Positions 36,501-46,974 of a DNA stretch of 64,000 nucleotides are shown here, one piece after another. The stretch comes from Somniosus microcephalus (taxonomy: Eukaryota). Numbering within the stretch: the first letter of the stretch is position 1; the number at the start of each line of letters is the position of its first letter. The notes beneath the pieces were generated by a model. That model was not told the DNA's origin, searched no databases, and saw nothing but the letters and a program-made list of their open reading frames with translations. The stretch covers positions 48,732,001 through 48,796,000 of the forward strand of contig JBMRGM010000040.1 of the NCBI GenBank assembly GCA_052327205.1. Reading direction: 5' to 3'. Made by a program: the position numbers and the translations under genes.

Positions 36501-37151
36501 TGTCAGATAGGTCAACAAGTTTTGGCCCGGGACTACCGTACAGAGAAATGGCAGCCTGGAACAATTTGCACACGACTAGGACCGCTGATGTATACCGTGG
36601 ACATTGGTGAAAGCATAATAAGGTGCCATGCTGACCAGATCATACAGTCATCCGAAAAGGGACAACCTACACCACAACTCTATACGCCTAATGATGAAGC
36701 AGAGATACCCATAGCATCTACCTCCGATCCGGTGATACTGGAACCAGATTAACCCGACACTGGCATTCAAGCCGAATCGACCTTGCCAAAAGAACCTACG
36801 ACACCACCGAAAACTACGACACCACTGAGGCGTTATCCGGTCTGAGTCAGAAAGCCTCCAGAGAGACTGAACTATAATTGATTAACTGCAGGAAATGTGT
36901 AGATTATTGTTCTTGTAATCATGTTAATTAATTATTACTTAAAATTATATGTACTAATTAACTAAAAGGGGAGGAATTGTAGTGTATGTACCCTTAAGAG
37001 CCCTGTGCACTGTAATACCGGTAGTGACCACTCGGTTATATAAGCCTGTATAGCGTCTTGTATCTTTTAGTTCACCTCCAGACTTTGTTCAGTAAACACC
37101 TGTTAAACCAACTCCTGTATTCCATTTCTCCATTAACACACGGATACAACA
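33569..37151 (+). mobile_element. Gypsy (Mag-like) element B nested in the 3'LTR of element A; internally deleted
   Basis: LTRs 33569-33743 and 36978-37151 (TGTAGT...ACAACA); PBS TGGCGACGA at 33745; PPT AAAAGGGGAGGAA; TSD TATAC at 33564-33568 and 37152-37156. Confidence 0.96.
34221..36877 (+). pseudogene. gag-pol of Gypsy element B, lacking RT C-terminus, RNase H and integrase N-terminus
   Basis: Homologous to element A. The RT segment GIPGTQCY is joined directly to integrase LIAGDAHSKWPE near 36015. Confidence 0.92.
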
Positions 37152-37333
37152 TATACCTTTGTGGAAGGAACTATTTATTACAGCTCATAAATACTGTAGT
37201 ACCGGCAGTGTCCACACCTGTATATAACACTGAGTAGTAATCTGTACAGATCAGTTGCAGTGTGAGCCACGTTGAGTAAACACCTGTTGTACAGTTCTCC
37301 GCAGTCTGTGTCTTATTATACATGGACGTAACA

Positions 37334-40300
37334 CCCATGGTCCTTCCTCCGCCCATGTGAGAGGGTAAGTCTCACAAACGCTCCCCCATGGTCCATCCTC
37401 TGCTCATGTGAGAGGGTAAGGCTGAAAAACATCCCCCATGGCCTTCCTCCGCCCATGTGAGAGGATAATCTCACAAACTCTCTGCCATGGTCCATCCTCC
37501 GCCCATGTGAGAGGGTAAGTCTCACAATTTCTCCGCCATCGTCCTTCCTCCACCCAAGTGAGAGGATAATTCTCACAAACTCTCGCCCATGGTCCTTCCT
37601 CTGCCCATGTGAGAGGGTAAGCCTCACAAACACTCCCCCATGGTCCTTCCTCCGCCCATCTGAGAGGGGAAGTCTCACCAACTCTCCCCCATGGTCCTTC
37701 CACCGCCCATGTGAGAGGGTAAGTCTCACAAACTCTCCCCCATGGTCCTCCCTCTGCCCATGTGAGAGGGTAAGTCTCACAAACTCTCCCCCATGGTCCT
37801 TCCTCTGCCCATGTCAGAGGGTAAGTCTCACACACTCTACCCCATGGTCCTTCCTCCACCCATGTGAGAGGGTAAGTCTCACCAACTCTCCCCCATGGTC
37901 CTTCCACTGCCCATGTGAGAGGGTAAGTCTCACAAACTCTCCCCCATGGTCCTTCCTCCGACCATGTGAGAGGGTAAGTCTCACAAACTTTCCCCCATGG
38001 TCCTTCCTCCGCCCATGTGAGAATGTAAGACTCACAAACTCGCCCCCATGGTCCTTCCTCCCGCCATGTGAGAATTTAAGCCTCACAAAAGCTTCCCCAT
38101 GGTCCTTCCTCCGCCCAAGTGAGAGGATAAGTCTGACAAACACTCCCCAATGGTCCCATCCTTCGCCCATGTGAGAGGGTAAGTCTCACAAACTCTCCCC
38201 ATGGTCCTTCCTCCGCCCATGAGAGAGGGTTCGTCTCACAAACTCTCCCGCACGGTCGTTCCTCTGCCGATGTGAGTGGGTAAGTCTCACAGACTCACCC
38301 ATGGTCCTTCCTCCACCCATGTGAGTGGGTAAGCCTCACAAACTCTCCCCATGGTCCTTCCTCTGCCCATGTGAGAGGGTCAGTCTCACAAACTCTCCCC
38401 CATGGTCCTTCCTCTGCCCATGTGAGAGGGTAAGTCTCAAACACTCTCCCCCATGGCCCTTCCTCAGCCCATGTGAGAGGGTAAGTCTCACAAACACTCC
38501 CCCATAGTCCATCCTTCGGCAATGTGAGAGGGTAAGCCTCACAAACTCTCCCCCATGCTCCTTCCTCCGCCCATGTGAGTGGGTAAGCCTCACAAACTCT
38601 CCCCATGGTCCTTCCTCTGCCCATGTGAGAGGGTCAGTCTTACAAACTCTCCCCCATGGTACTTCCTCTGCCCATGTGAGAGGGTAAGTCTCACACACTC
38701 TCCCCCATGGTCCTTCCTCTGCTCATGTGAGAGGGTAAGTCTCACAAACACTCCCCCATGGTCCATCCTCCGCCCATGTGAGAGGGTAAGCCTCACAAAC
38801 TCTCCACCTTGCTCCTTCCTCCGCCCTTGTGAGAGGGTAAGCCTCACAAACTCTCCTCCTTGGTCCTTCCTCCTCCCATGTGAGAGGGTAAGTCTCACAA
38901 ACTCTCCCCCAAGATCCTTCCTCCGCCCATGTGAGAGGGTAAGTCTCACAAACTCTCCCCCATGGTCCTTCCTCTGCCCATGTGAGAGGGTGAGTCTCAC
39001 AAACCTTCCCCCAAGGTCCTTCCTCCGCCCATGTGAGAGGGTAAGTCTCACAAACGCTCCCCCATGGTCCTTCCTCCGCCCATGTGAGAGGGTAAGTCTC
39101 ACAAACTCTCCCCCTTGGTCCTTCCTCCGCCCATGTGAGAGGGTAAGTCTCACAAACGCTCCCCCATGGTCCTTCCTCCGCCCATGTGAGAGGGTAAGTC
39201 TCACAAACTCTCCTCCTTGGTCCTTCCTCCTCCCATGTGAGAGGGTAAGTCTCACAAACTCTCCCCCAAGATCCTTCCTCCGCCCATGTGAGAGGGTAAG
39301 TCTCACAAACTCTCCCCCATGGTCCTTCCTCTGCCCATGTGAGAGGGTGAGTCTCACAAACACTCCCCCAAGATCCTTCCTCCGCCCATGTGAGAGCATA
39401 AGTCTCACAAATTCCCCCCGTGGTCCTTCCTCTGACATTGTGAGAGGGTAAGTCTCACATCTCTCCCCCATGGTCCATCCTCCCCCCATGTGACAGGGTA
39501 AGTCTCACAAACTCTCACGTATGTTCCTTCCTCCACTCATTTGACAGGGAAAGTCTCAGAAACTCTCCCAGGTGGTCCTTCCTCCGCCCACGTGACAGGG
39601 TATGTCTCACAATCTCTCCCCCATGGTCCTTCCTCCGCCCATGTGAGAGGGTAAGTCTCACAAACTCTCCCCCATGGTCCTTCCTCTGCCCATGTGAGAG
39701 GATAAGTCTCACAAACACTTCCCCATGGTCCTTCCTCCAACCATGTGAGAGGGTAAGCCTCACAAACTCTCCCCCATGGTCCTTCCTCCACCCACGTGAG
39801 AAGGTAATCTCAGAAACACTCCCCCATGGTCCTTCCTCCGCCGATGAGAGAGGGTATGTCTCACAAACTCACTCATGGTCCTTCCTCCGCCCATGTGCCA
39901 GGGAATGTCTCAGAAACTCTCCCAGGTGGTCCTTCCTCCGCCCACGTGACAGGGTATGTCTCACAATCTCTCCCCCATGGTCCTTCCTCCGCCCATGTGA
40001 GAGCGTAAGTCTCACAAACTCTCACCCATGGTCCATTCTCCGCCCATGTGAGAGGGTAAGTCTCACAATCTACCCCCATGGTCCTTCCTCCTCCCACATG
40101 AGAGGGTAATTCTCACAAACTCTCCCCGATGGTCCGTCCTCCACCCATGTGAGAGAGTAAGTCTCACAAACACTCCAACATGTTCCTTTCTACGCCCATG
40201 TGAGAGGGTAAGTCTCACAAATGCTCCCCCATGGTCCTTCCTCCGCCCATGTGAGAGGATCAGCAGCACAAATTCTCCCCCATGGTCCTTCCTCCGCCCA

Positions 40301-41272
40301 TGTGAGAGGGTAAGTCCCACAAACTCTCCCCCATGGCCCTTTCTCCGCCCATGTGAGAGGATAAGTCTCACAAACTCTCCCCCATGATCCTTCCTCCGCC
40401 CATGTGAGAGCGTAATTCCCACAAACTCTCCCCCTTGGTCCTTCCTCCGCCCATGTGAGAGGGTAAGTCTCGCAAACTCTCCCCCATGGTCCCTCCTCCG
40501 CCCATGTGAGAGGGTAAGCCTCACAATCTCTCCCATATGGTCCTTTTTCCGCCCATGTGAGAATGTAAGTCTCACAAACTCTCCCCCATGGTCCTTCCTC
40601 CCCCCATGAGCGAGGGTATGTCTCAAAAACTCTCCCCATGGTCCTTCCTCCCCCCATGTGAGAGGGTTAGTCTCACAAACTCTCCCCCATGGTTGTTCTT
40701 CCTCCCATGAGGGAGGGTAAGTCTCACAAACTCTCCCCCACGTTCCTTCCTCCGCACATGTTAGAGGGTAAGTCTGACAAACTCTCACCCATGGTCCTTC
40801 CTCCGCCCATGTGAGAGGGTAAGTCTCACAAACTCTCCCCCATGTTCCTTCCTCCGCCAATGTGAGAGGTTATGTCTCACACACTCTCCCCCATGGTCCT
40901 TCCTCCACCCATGGGAGAGCGTAAGTCTCACAAACACTCTCCCATGGTCCATCCTCCGCCCATGTGAGAGGGTAAATCTCACAAACTCTCCCCCATGCTC
41001 CTTCCTCCGACCCTGTGAGTGGATAAGTCTCATAGGCTCGCCCCCATGGTCCTTCCTCCGCCCAAATGAATGGGTAAGTATCACAAACTCTCCCCCGTGG
41101 TCGTTCCTCCGCCATTGTGAGAGGGTAAGTCTCACAAACTGTCCCCCATGGTCCTTTCACCGCCCATGTGAGAGGATAAGTCTCAGAAACTCTCCCCTAT
41201 GGTCCTTCCTCCGCCCAGCTGAGAGGTTAAGTCTCACAAACTCTCCCCCTTGGTCCTTCCTCCGCCCATGTG
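37334..41272. repeat. 51-bp tandem satellite, right block (~77 monomers)
   Basis: Same monomer and orientation as the left block. Resumes at the TSD of Gypsy A. Confidence 0.99.
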
Positions 41273-42143
41273 CATATAACTGGGCGGAGGGCTTGTACTC
41301 TGCATTGTCGATCTTTATATTCCTTAAAGGGAAATCTCCCCCCTTGGGGCTCCCCTAATATTCTAATAAACCATAGAGGGACGTTTCACCTCGATAATAT
41401 CTTTTATGCCTTGTATGGCCATATTAAAGTGTCGGGCAGCACTTCGTTTTTTTGCCGACACCTCTACATTGGGATTGTGTCTTTTGAGGTCGGGAATGAG
41501 AAGGATGATGCTGGATCTCTCCTGGGGTGTAAAAGGCTGTGCCTCGCCCATCGTACCCCGTCCACCTCTATCTGGATTTTGGGCTCCTACCGCCTGGTTA
41601 TCTCTGACGGGGGCCACGGGATTGGATTTTTCGGCCCCTGACTGAAGCGTTAAGTGGGTTGGGTGGTCTCAACTCATAGAACTTCTACAGTCCCCGACCG
41701 GGGCCTGGGATTTAAGGTCGATGTATCTCGAGTCTCTTTTTGTAGAGCATCGACAATGTCACCCAAGCATTTTAAGTTGTCTAGATTCTCAGTCCCTGGT
41801 GGCTTCAGGTGCAGGAGACTACGGAACTGGACTTTAGCCTCCTGCACGGGTCTCAAGATTTCTTGTAACAGGGCCGGTCTCCCCCCCGCCCCTCGCCCAC
41901 AATTATGGTTCCCATCTGATCCATCCAACTAGCACACAAAACCGCCCCGTAATAGGCTTGTTTGGCGTCCTTGTGTTCCTCCCGCCACTTTATTTGGTCA
42001 ACTACTGGGCTTGTTTCTTTCCACCCATTTTTAATCATCTCACTTTGAAATTTCAAATTAGCCTCTCGGACCCATGGAACAAGAGTGACAATGGTGGACA
42101 AAGCTGGAACATCCGGTGAAGGAGGTCTCCCCTCTTCACCCAT
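41273..42143 (-). pseudogene. Retroviral gag pseudogene (N-terminal part)
   Basis: First ATG-initiated frames downstream of the PBS and leader (MGEEGRPPSP..., ...AQPFTPQERSSIILLIPDL...). The call rests mainly on position. Frameshifted. Confidence 0.65.
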
Positions 42144-42454
42144 GTGACCTCTGTTAATTGTTATGTATATTCTTATACTCTATCGGCACAAACGTATCAC
42201 CTTATACTCTAAGTCAGAAATATACATTTATGCCTAATCAACTCCGTCAGTCCACAGTCTCCATGAGGAATAATTTACTATGTGGGTAATTTAATACTGA
42301 CTGGCCCATACACTGTTTTAGCCCCACTGGTGAACGAGCGTGTCCTTGTTACTCCTAAAAACCTTACTCTGACTTCTTCCCTTAGGACGCGATGCGGTTC
42401 TCGCCTCAGTCATCAATTCCAGTGTTGTTTAACTCCGATGGTACTTAGTGCAGT

Positions 42455-42472
42455 ATCCCACTTCTGACACCA
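42455..42472 (-). promoter_or_regulatory. Primer-binding site for tRNA-Leu(CAA)
   Basis: Minus strand TGGTGTCAGAAGTGGGAT is an 18-nt complement of the vertebrate tRNA-Leu 3' end ATCCCACTTCTGACACCA, 2 nt after the LTR end ...CTAACA. Confidence 0.9.
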
Positions 42473-42474
42473 AC

Positions 42475-42873
42475 TGTTAGATTCGAATTTGGAGAAACTC
42501 CAGACAGAGCCGGAATTGAGGCGAAGGACAGAATTTATTAAAACAACTAATTGAAAATTGTGCACAAGGGAGAGCCACTCAGCTTGCACAAGCTAGGGGT
42601 GCACTCTCAGGGGACAAGCAGTTGATCATTCCAGTTATGCAATTCTATAAGCAACGCCCACTTACCATAGAATGGGGGCGTTCACGTACAAACAGTGTCA
42701 CAACAGTTGCTCTTTATTGGTTTATGTGGTTACTCACTCAGCTGTCGACCCACCCCTTGAACTCGGGTACACTCTGACCATACCAGTCACAATGTTGGTC
42801 ATCTAATCCTACATCACACATTCCTGCTGTTATCTCTTCCCCTTTGTTGGCATAGTTTATAGTTTGAGAAAAC
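42475..42873 (-). repeat. 5' LTR of the ERV (outer boundary tentative)
   Basis: On the minus strand: CCAAT (~42716-42720), TATA-like TTATAGAA (~42643-42650), AATAAA (~42534-42539), terminal AACA next to the PBS, and a candidate TGTT start at 42873. No partner LTR is present to fix the boundary. Confidence 0.7.
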
Positions 42874-42929
42874 ATGTTCATATTTAAATCAAATTGCCAA
42901 AAATGTGCACATTCAATTAAACTATGAAC

Positions 42930-43420
42930 ATCTGGTCAAATTTCTTGCTTCAATCTCAACTGATGAAAATGACGCCTACCTTTTTTGTCATCGTCTAACT
43001 TGGATGTGTGGCTCTCAATCCCGTCAAAAAAATCGTTAATAAAATTCGTGAATAGTTAAGGTCCCGAATGTGATCCCTCAGAGACATCACTCGTCATATG
43101 TTGCCAATTAATGGAAATGATCATTATCCATAAACGATGTCTCCTGTCGCACGACCAATTTCCAAGCAGGTCAATAATTTGCCTTCACTTCCATGAGTTT
43201 CAACTTTAGCTAAAAGTCCCTTATTCGTGACATTATCAAATGTATTTTTCTCCATGTCTACTAACTAATAATGATTTGTGAACTGGCACACATAAACCTC
43301 TTTGCTCCTCAACAGTCAATAGCTTCCCATTATTTAGAAAATATTCTGAACTATCTTAATTTGTTCCAAAGTGGATGGTGTCACACTTGCACACAGTGAA
43401 CTCGATTGCCTTTGTTGTGC
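42930..43420 (-). mobile_element. Old CR1-like LINE fragment
   Basis: Similar to 45770-46080 (shared CCAATTTCCAA..CAGGTCAATAATTTGCCTTCACTT), which encodes a decayed GVxxGSxxGP RT motif. Confidence 0.6.
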
Positions 43421-43448
43421 CGGCTTACTTTGGTTACCTTTGGTTACC

Positions 43449-44557
43449 TGTAAAAAGTCACACAACACCAGGTTATAGTCCAACAGCTTTATTTGAAATC
43501 ACAAGCTTTCGGAGCGCAGCTCCTTCTTCAGGTGAAGTGGAGAAATGCATAAAGACACAGCTCATATAGTCAGAGAATCATGTCAGATGTTTACAGGTAA
43601 CCTTTCCAACTGCCATTAATCACACCTCGGCAGAGAGATAATCACAGCAGTCAAAGGTGTGAATGGTATCCAAACAGGTCAGTCAGGGAAACATTACATC
43701 AAAGAACAATGAGGTGGGGTCACAAGGGGTCAAATATTGCAGATGCTGGGGCCTGTATGAAAAACAAAAAAACAGACAAAAAACATTTTTTTTTTTTTTT
43801 TTGGCTGGAAATCACAGCAGGTCCGGCCGCATCCGTGTAGAGAGAACAAGCCAATGTCGACTCGAGTCTGGATGACCCTGCATCAGGTGGGGTTACATGT
43901 AGCGTGACATGAACCCAAGATCTCTGTTGAGGCCGTCCTCATGGGTGCGGAACTTGGCTATCAGTTTCTGCTCGACGATTTTGCGTTGTCGCGTGTCTCG
44001 AAGGCCACCTTGAAGAATGCTTACCCGAAGATCGGAGGCTGAATGTCCTTGACTGCTGAAGTGTTCCCTGACTGGGAGGGAACACTCCTGCCTGGTGATT
44101 GTTGCGCGGTGTCCGTTCATCCGTTGTCGCAGTGTCTGCATGGTCTCGCCGATGTACCATGCTCCGGGGCATCCTTTCCTGCAACGTATGAGGTAGACAA
44201 CGTTGGCCGAGTCACATGAGTATGTACCATGTACCTGGTGGGTGGTGTCCTCACGTGTGATGATGGTATCTGTGTTGATGATCTGGCATGTCTTGCAGAG
44301 GTTGCTGTGGCAGGGTTGTGTGGTGTCGTGGTCGCTGTTCTCCTGAAAGCTGGGTAATTTGCTGCGAACGATGGTCTGCTGGAGGTTAGGCGGCTGTTTG
44401 AAAGCGAGTAGTGGAGGCGTGGGGATGGCCTTAGCGAGGTGTTCGTCGTCCGAAAGCTCCGAAAGCTTGTGATTTCAAATAAAGCTGTTGGACTATAACC
44501 TGGTGTTGTGTGACTTTTTACATTTGTCCACCCCAGTCCAACTCCGGCATCTCCACA
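43449..44557 (-). mobile_element. Penelope-like element, 5'-truncated, with inverted pLTR segment
   Basis: GIY-YIG endonuclease (NVVYLIRC...WYIGETMQTLRQRMNGH...E..LI...GLN) at ~43893-44450; 43449-43515 is inverted at 44456-44522; CCTTTGGTTACC flanks both sides (43437-43448, 44558-44569). Confidence 0.92.
43499..43535 (-). ncRNA. Minimal type I hammerhead ribozyme motif in the Penelope pLTR
   Basis: Minus strand TCAC-CTGAAGA-A-GGAGC-TGC-GCTCC-GAAA-GCTT-GTGA: CUGANGA and GAAA cores, stem II, palindromic AAGCTT, and TCAC/GTGA stem I. Confidence 0.75.
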
Positions 44558-44924
44558 CCTTTGGTTACCACCATTTCCCAACTGCATTACGAACGGACCG
44601 AGTAACTTAGTGCAATCTTCAAAATACGATCTACAGTGCTCTATTGCTCCATCCAAGTCAATCATAAATACGCTGAAAAGTTGAAGATCCAATGCAGATA
44701 ATTGGGAGACGGCACTTGTCACATCTGACACCGTTGCTAAAGAGCATGTCGTTTGTGCGAGGGATAATCTTTCTGAAGTGATGGAGGTCTGAAGCAGTCA
44801 GTCTGGATTTGCGGCAGAATTGCGCTGTACAGGCTGGATTATAGACAAGAAAATTGAATTTGTAGGAGGTGCAGTAATGCACTGCAGCCAATGAAAGTAC
44901 TTTTGAGTGCTTTGGCTGGCAAGA

Positions 44925-44996
44925 GCCCGGGTAGCTCGGTCGGTAGAGCATCAGACTTTACTCTGAAGGCCCAGGGATTAAATCCCTATTCGGTGC
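44925..44996 (+). pseudogene. tRNA-Lys(TTT) pseudogene
   Basis: GCCCGGGTAGCTCGGTCGGTAGAGCATCAGACTTT-ACTCTGAAGG... matches vertebrate tRNA-Lys. Anticodon loop and T-loop are damaged. T-run follows. Confidence 0.85.
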
Positions 44997-45106
44997 AGCT
45001 TTTAAATCGTGATACTCATCTTTACATTCGCGCTTTGATCCTTTAACAAAGAGAATAACAACAGGGGTACGCCTTTTAACCCCTCGAGCCTTTCTTCGAT
45101 TCAAGT

Positions 45107-46140
45107 AAATTTGTGATCGAAATCCATTTCCATCCCTTTGCTCCAGATCCCTTAATACCTTTAGTTGAAAAACATCTCTCAATCTCAAGTTTGAAATTGA
45201 CAATTGACCCAGCTTTAATTGCTGTTTGCGGAAGTGTGTTACAAATTTCTGTCACACAAACTTCTCTCCTGAAAGGCTTGGATCTAATATTGAGGCTGCG
45301 GCCCCTACTCCCAGATGGGTCAATCATCAGAAATAGCTTCTCGCTATCGACACTATCAGTTCCACTTAATATTTCGTGAATAATTCAATCAAACCACCAA
45401 TTGAGCTTCTAAGTTCCAGGGAATACAACGCAAGTTTGTGCAATCTCGCCTTTTATGTTTTCCCTTGGACTCTCTGTGTCCTTCTGGTAAATCTATACTT
45501 CACTTATTATACCTAATACTACCTTCCTAAGCTGTGATGCCACGAACTGAACATAGTACCGTAGGTGTGGCCCAACCTGTGCTTTGCATAGCTGTGGCAT
45601 AATTTCTCCCTCTTACATTGTAATCCTACAGATATAAGTATCAGCTTTCAATTAGTCTTTTTGAATCAATTCTTGCTAATATGTAAAACAATTTGCCAGA
45701 GATTTGCCCATTCGCTCAATCTATGACAATCTTTTCCAATTTCTTACTTCCATCTAAATGCTTCAAATGCCGCCTGTCTTTTTTGTCACCGTCAAACTTG
45801 GATGTGTGTCTCCCAATCCAATCAAGTAAGTCGTTAATGGAATCGATGAATAGTTGAGGCCCCCAAAGAGATCCCTCCGAGACACCACTCGTAATATGCT
45901 GCCAATGAATGTACCTGATCATTATCCATAAACTTTGTCTCCTGTCGTGCAACCAATTTCCAACCAGGTCAATAATTTGCCTTCACTTACATGAGTTTCA
46001 ACTTTAGCTAAAAGTCACTTATTCATGACTTCATAAAATGTATTTTGCTCCATGTCTACTATCTAATAATGATTTGTGACCTGGGACTCAATTTTAAACT
46101 TCAGATTGAGAGATGTTTATCAACCAATTTCCTAACCAGG
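45107..46140 (-). mobile_element. Old CR1-like LINE fragments (RT C-terminus and 3' end)
   Basis: Decayed motifs ITSGVSEGSLWGPQLF..INDL..KFDGD and SRGRSLNIRSKPFRRE...CNTLP. Confidence 0.75.
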
Positions 46141-46145
46141 TCAAT

Positions 46146-46907
46146 GGCCCAGACTTTCGGATCCCGAAGGGTGAGTACGCGTTGGGTACTCACGCATAGG
46201 CCCAACGAAAGTGCCGGTTTCGTGCATGCACTTCGCATGTGCGGGAAACCAGAACTTCCGTTCCCTTAAAGGAAGGGGTTCACAGGTCGATTGCATGCAC
46301 CAGAGAGGCAGCGCCTACGCCTAAACTTCCGTTTTTTTTCCAGTTTTTTCCGGGATTGTAAGTCTCCAGCAGCTCCGCTTATAAAAAGCACGTGCAGGAC
46401 CAGCTTTCAACAAGGTAAGTGGTGAATTAAGTAAAATTAAAACATTTCTTCTGCAGGTTTATTATTTATAAATATTTTAAAGAAGGGTAAGTTTATTTTT
46501 AACCCCGTTAGAAACTTTAATTAATTTTTTCAAAAATTTAAATTATTGTTTAAATATTTATTTTACGTCATTAATAGTTATTTGAAAAATGTGATTTATT
46601 AAAACATTTATTTGAAGTTTTAGTCCTGTTTTGTGGCCGAACTCAAATTCATTGATTTGACAGGTCATCCTGTCAAATCTATGAATAGAGATTTCCTGAT
46701 ACGATTAGCTCTCCATGGCCCACGTGATCTCAGGGGACGCTTCAAACTAGCTGCGCCCCTGGGATACGCAAACACTGCACATTGGCAGTTGGAGCAGGCC
46801 CAGTATCAGAATCCCACGTGAGCCCACAGCTCAACAGCCAGTGCGCTAGCTAAATGCAGGATGGGAGCTTGCACCCGCGTGAATCCACTGACCCGACTTT
46901 CTGGGCC
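46146..46907. mobile_element. Non-autonomous DNA transposon (PIF/Harbinger-type MITE)
   Basis: Imperfect TIRs GGCCCAGACTTTCGGATC and GACCCGACTTTCTGGGCC; 3-bp TSD AAT; AT-rich core. It interrupts AGGTCAAT|AATTTGCC, which is contiguous at ~45965 and ~43170. Confidence 0.85.
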
Positions 46908-46974
46908 AATAATTTGCCTTCACTTCAACAAGCTTCAACTTCAGCTAAAAGTAACTTATGCGGTATTTTATCAA

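Larger units (their letters stand above)
28708..37333 (+). mobile_element. Gypsy/Ty3 (Mag-like) LTR retrotransposon A inserted in the satellite
   Basis: 5'LTR 28708-28898; PBS TGGCGACGAGG at 28900; PPT 33541-33554; 3'LTR 33555-33568 plus 37157-37333 (split by element B); TSD CCCAT at 28703-28707 and 37334-37338. Confidence 0.96.
6758..42873 (-). mobile_element. Endogenous retrovirus (lokiretrovirus-like), decayed and 3'-truncated, expanded by internal satellite and nested elements
   Basis: Collinear minus-strand order LTR-PBS-gag-[satellite]-pol-accessory ORF-env. Retroviral RT, RNase H and integrase motifs are present. No 3' LTR seen. Confidence 0.88.

Noticed and set aside
13631-41160. Dozens of 60-300-aa repetitive ORFs (PPWSFLRPCERVSLTNS, GGEFVRLTLSHGRRKDH, etc.) as real genes
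   Set aside because: They are by-products of a 17-codon monomer that lacks stops in several frames. Frequent 1-bp indels and stops show no frame maintenance.
13645-41272. CRISPR-like array (regular repeats with an internal palindrome)
   Set aside because: There are no unique spacers, since the whole 51 bp repeats. No cas genes, and the context is eukaryotic.
44117-44731. 204-aa ORF as a novel gene
   Set aside because: A chance read-through across flank, inverted pLTR and an off-frame part of the Penelope ORF.
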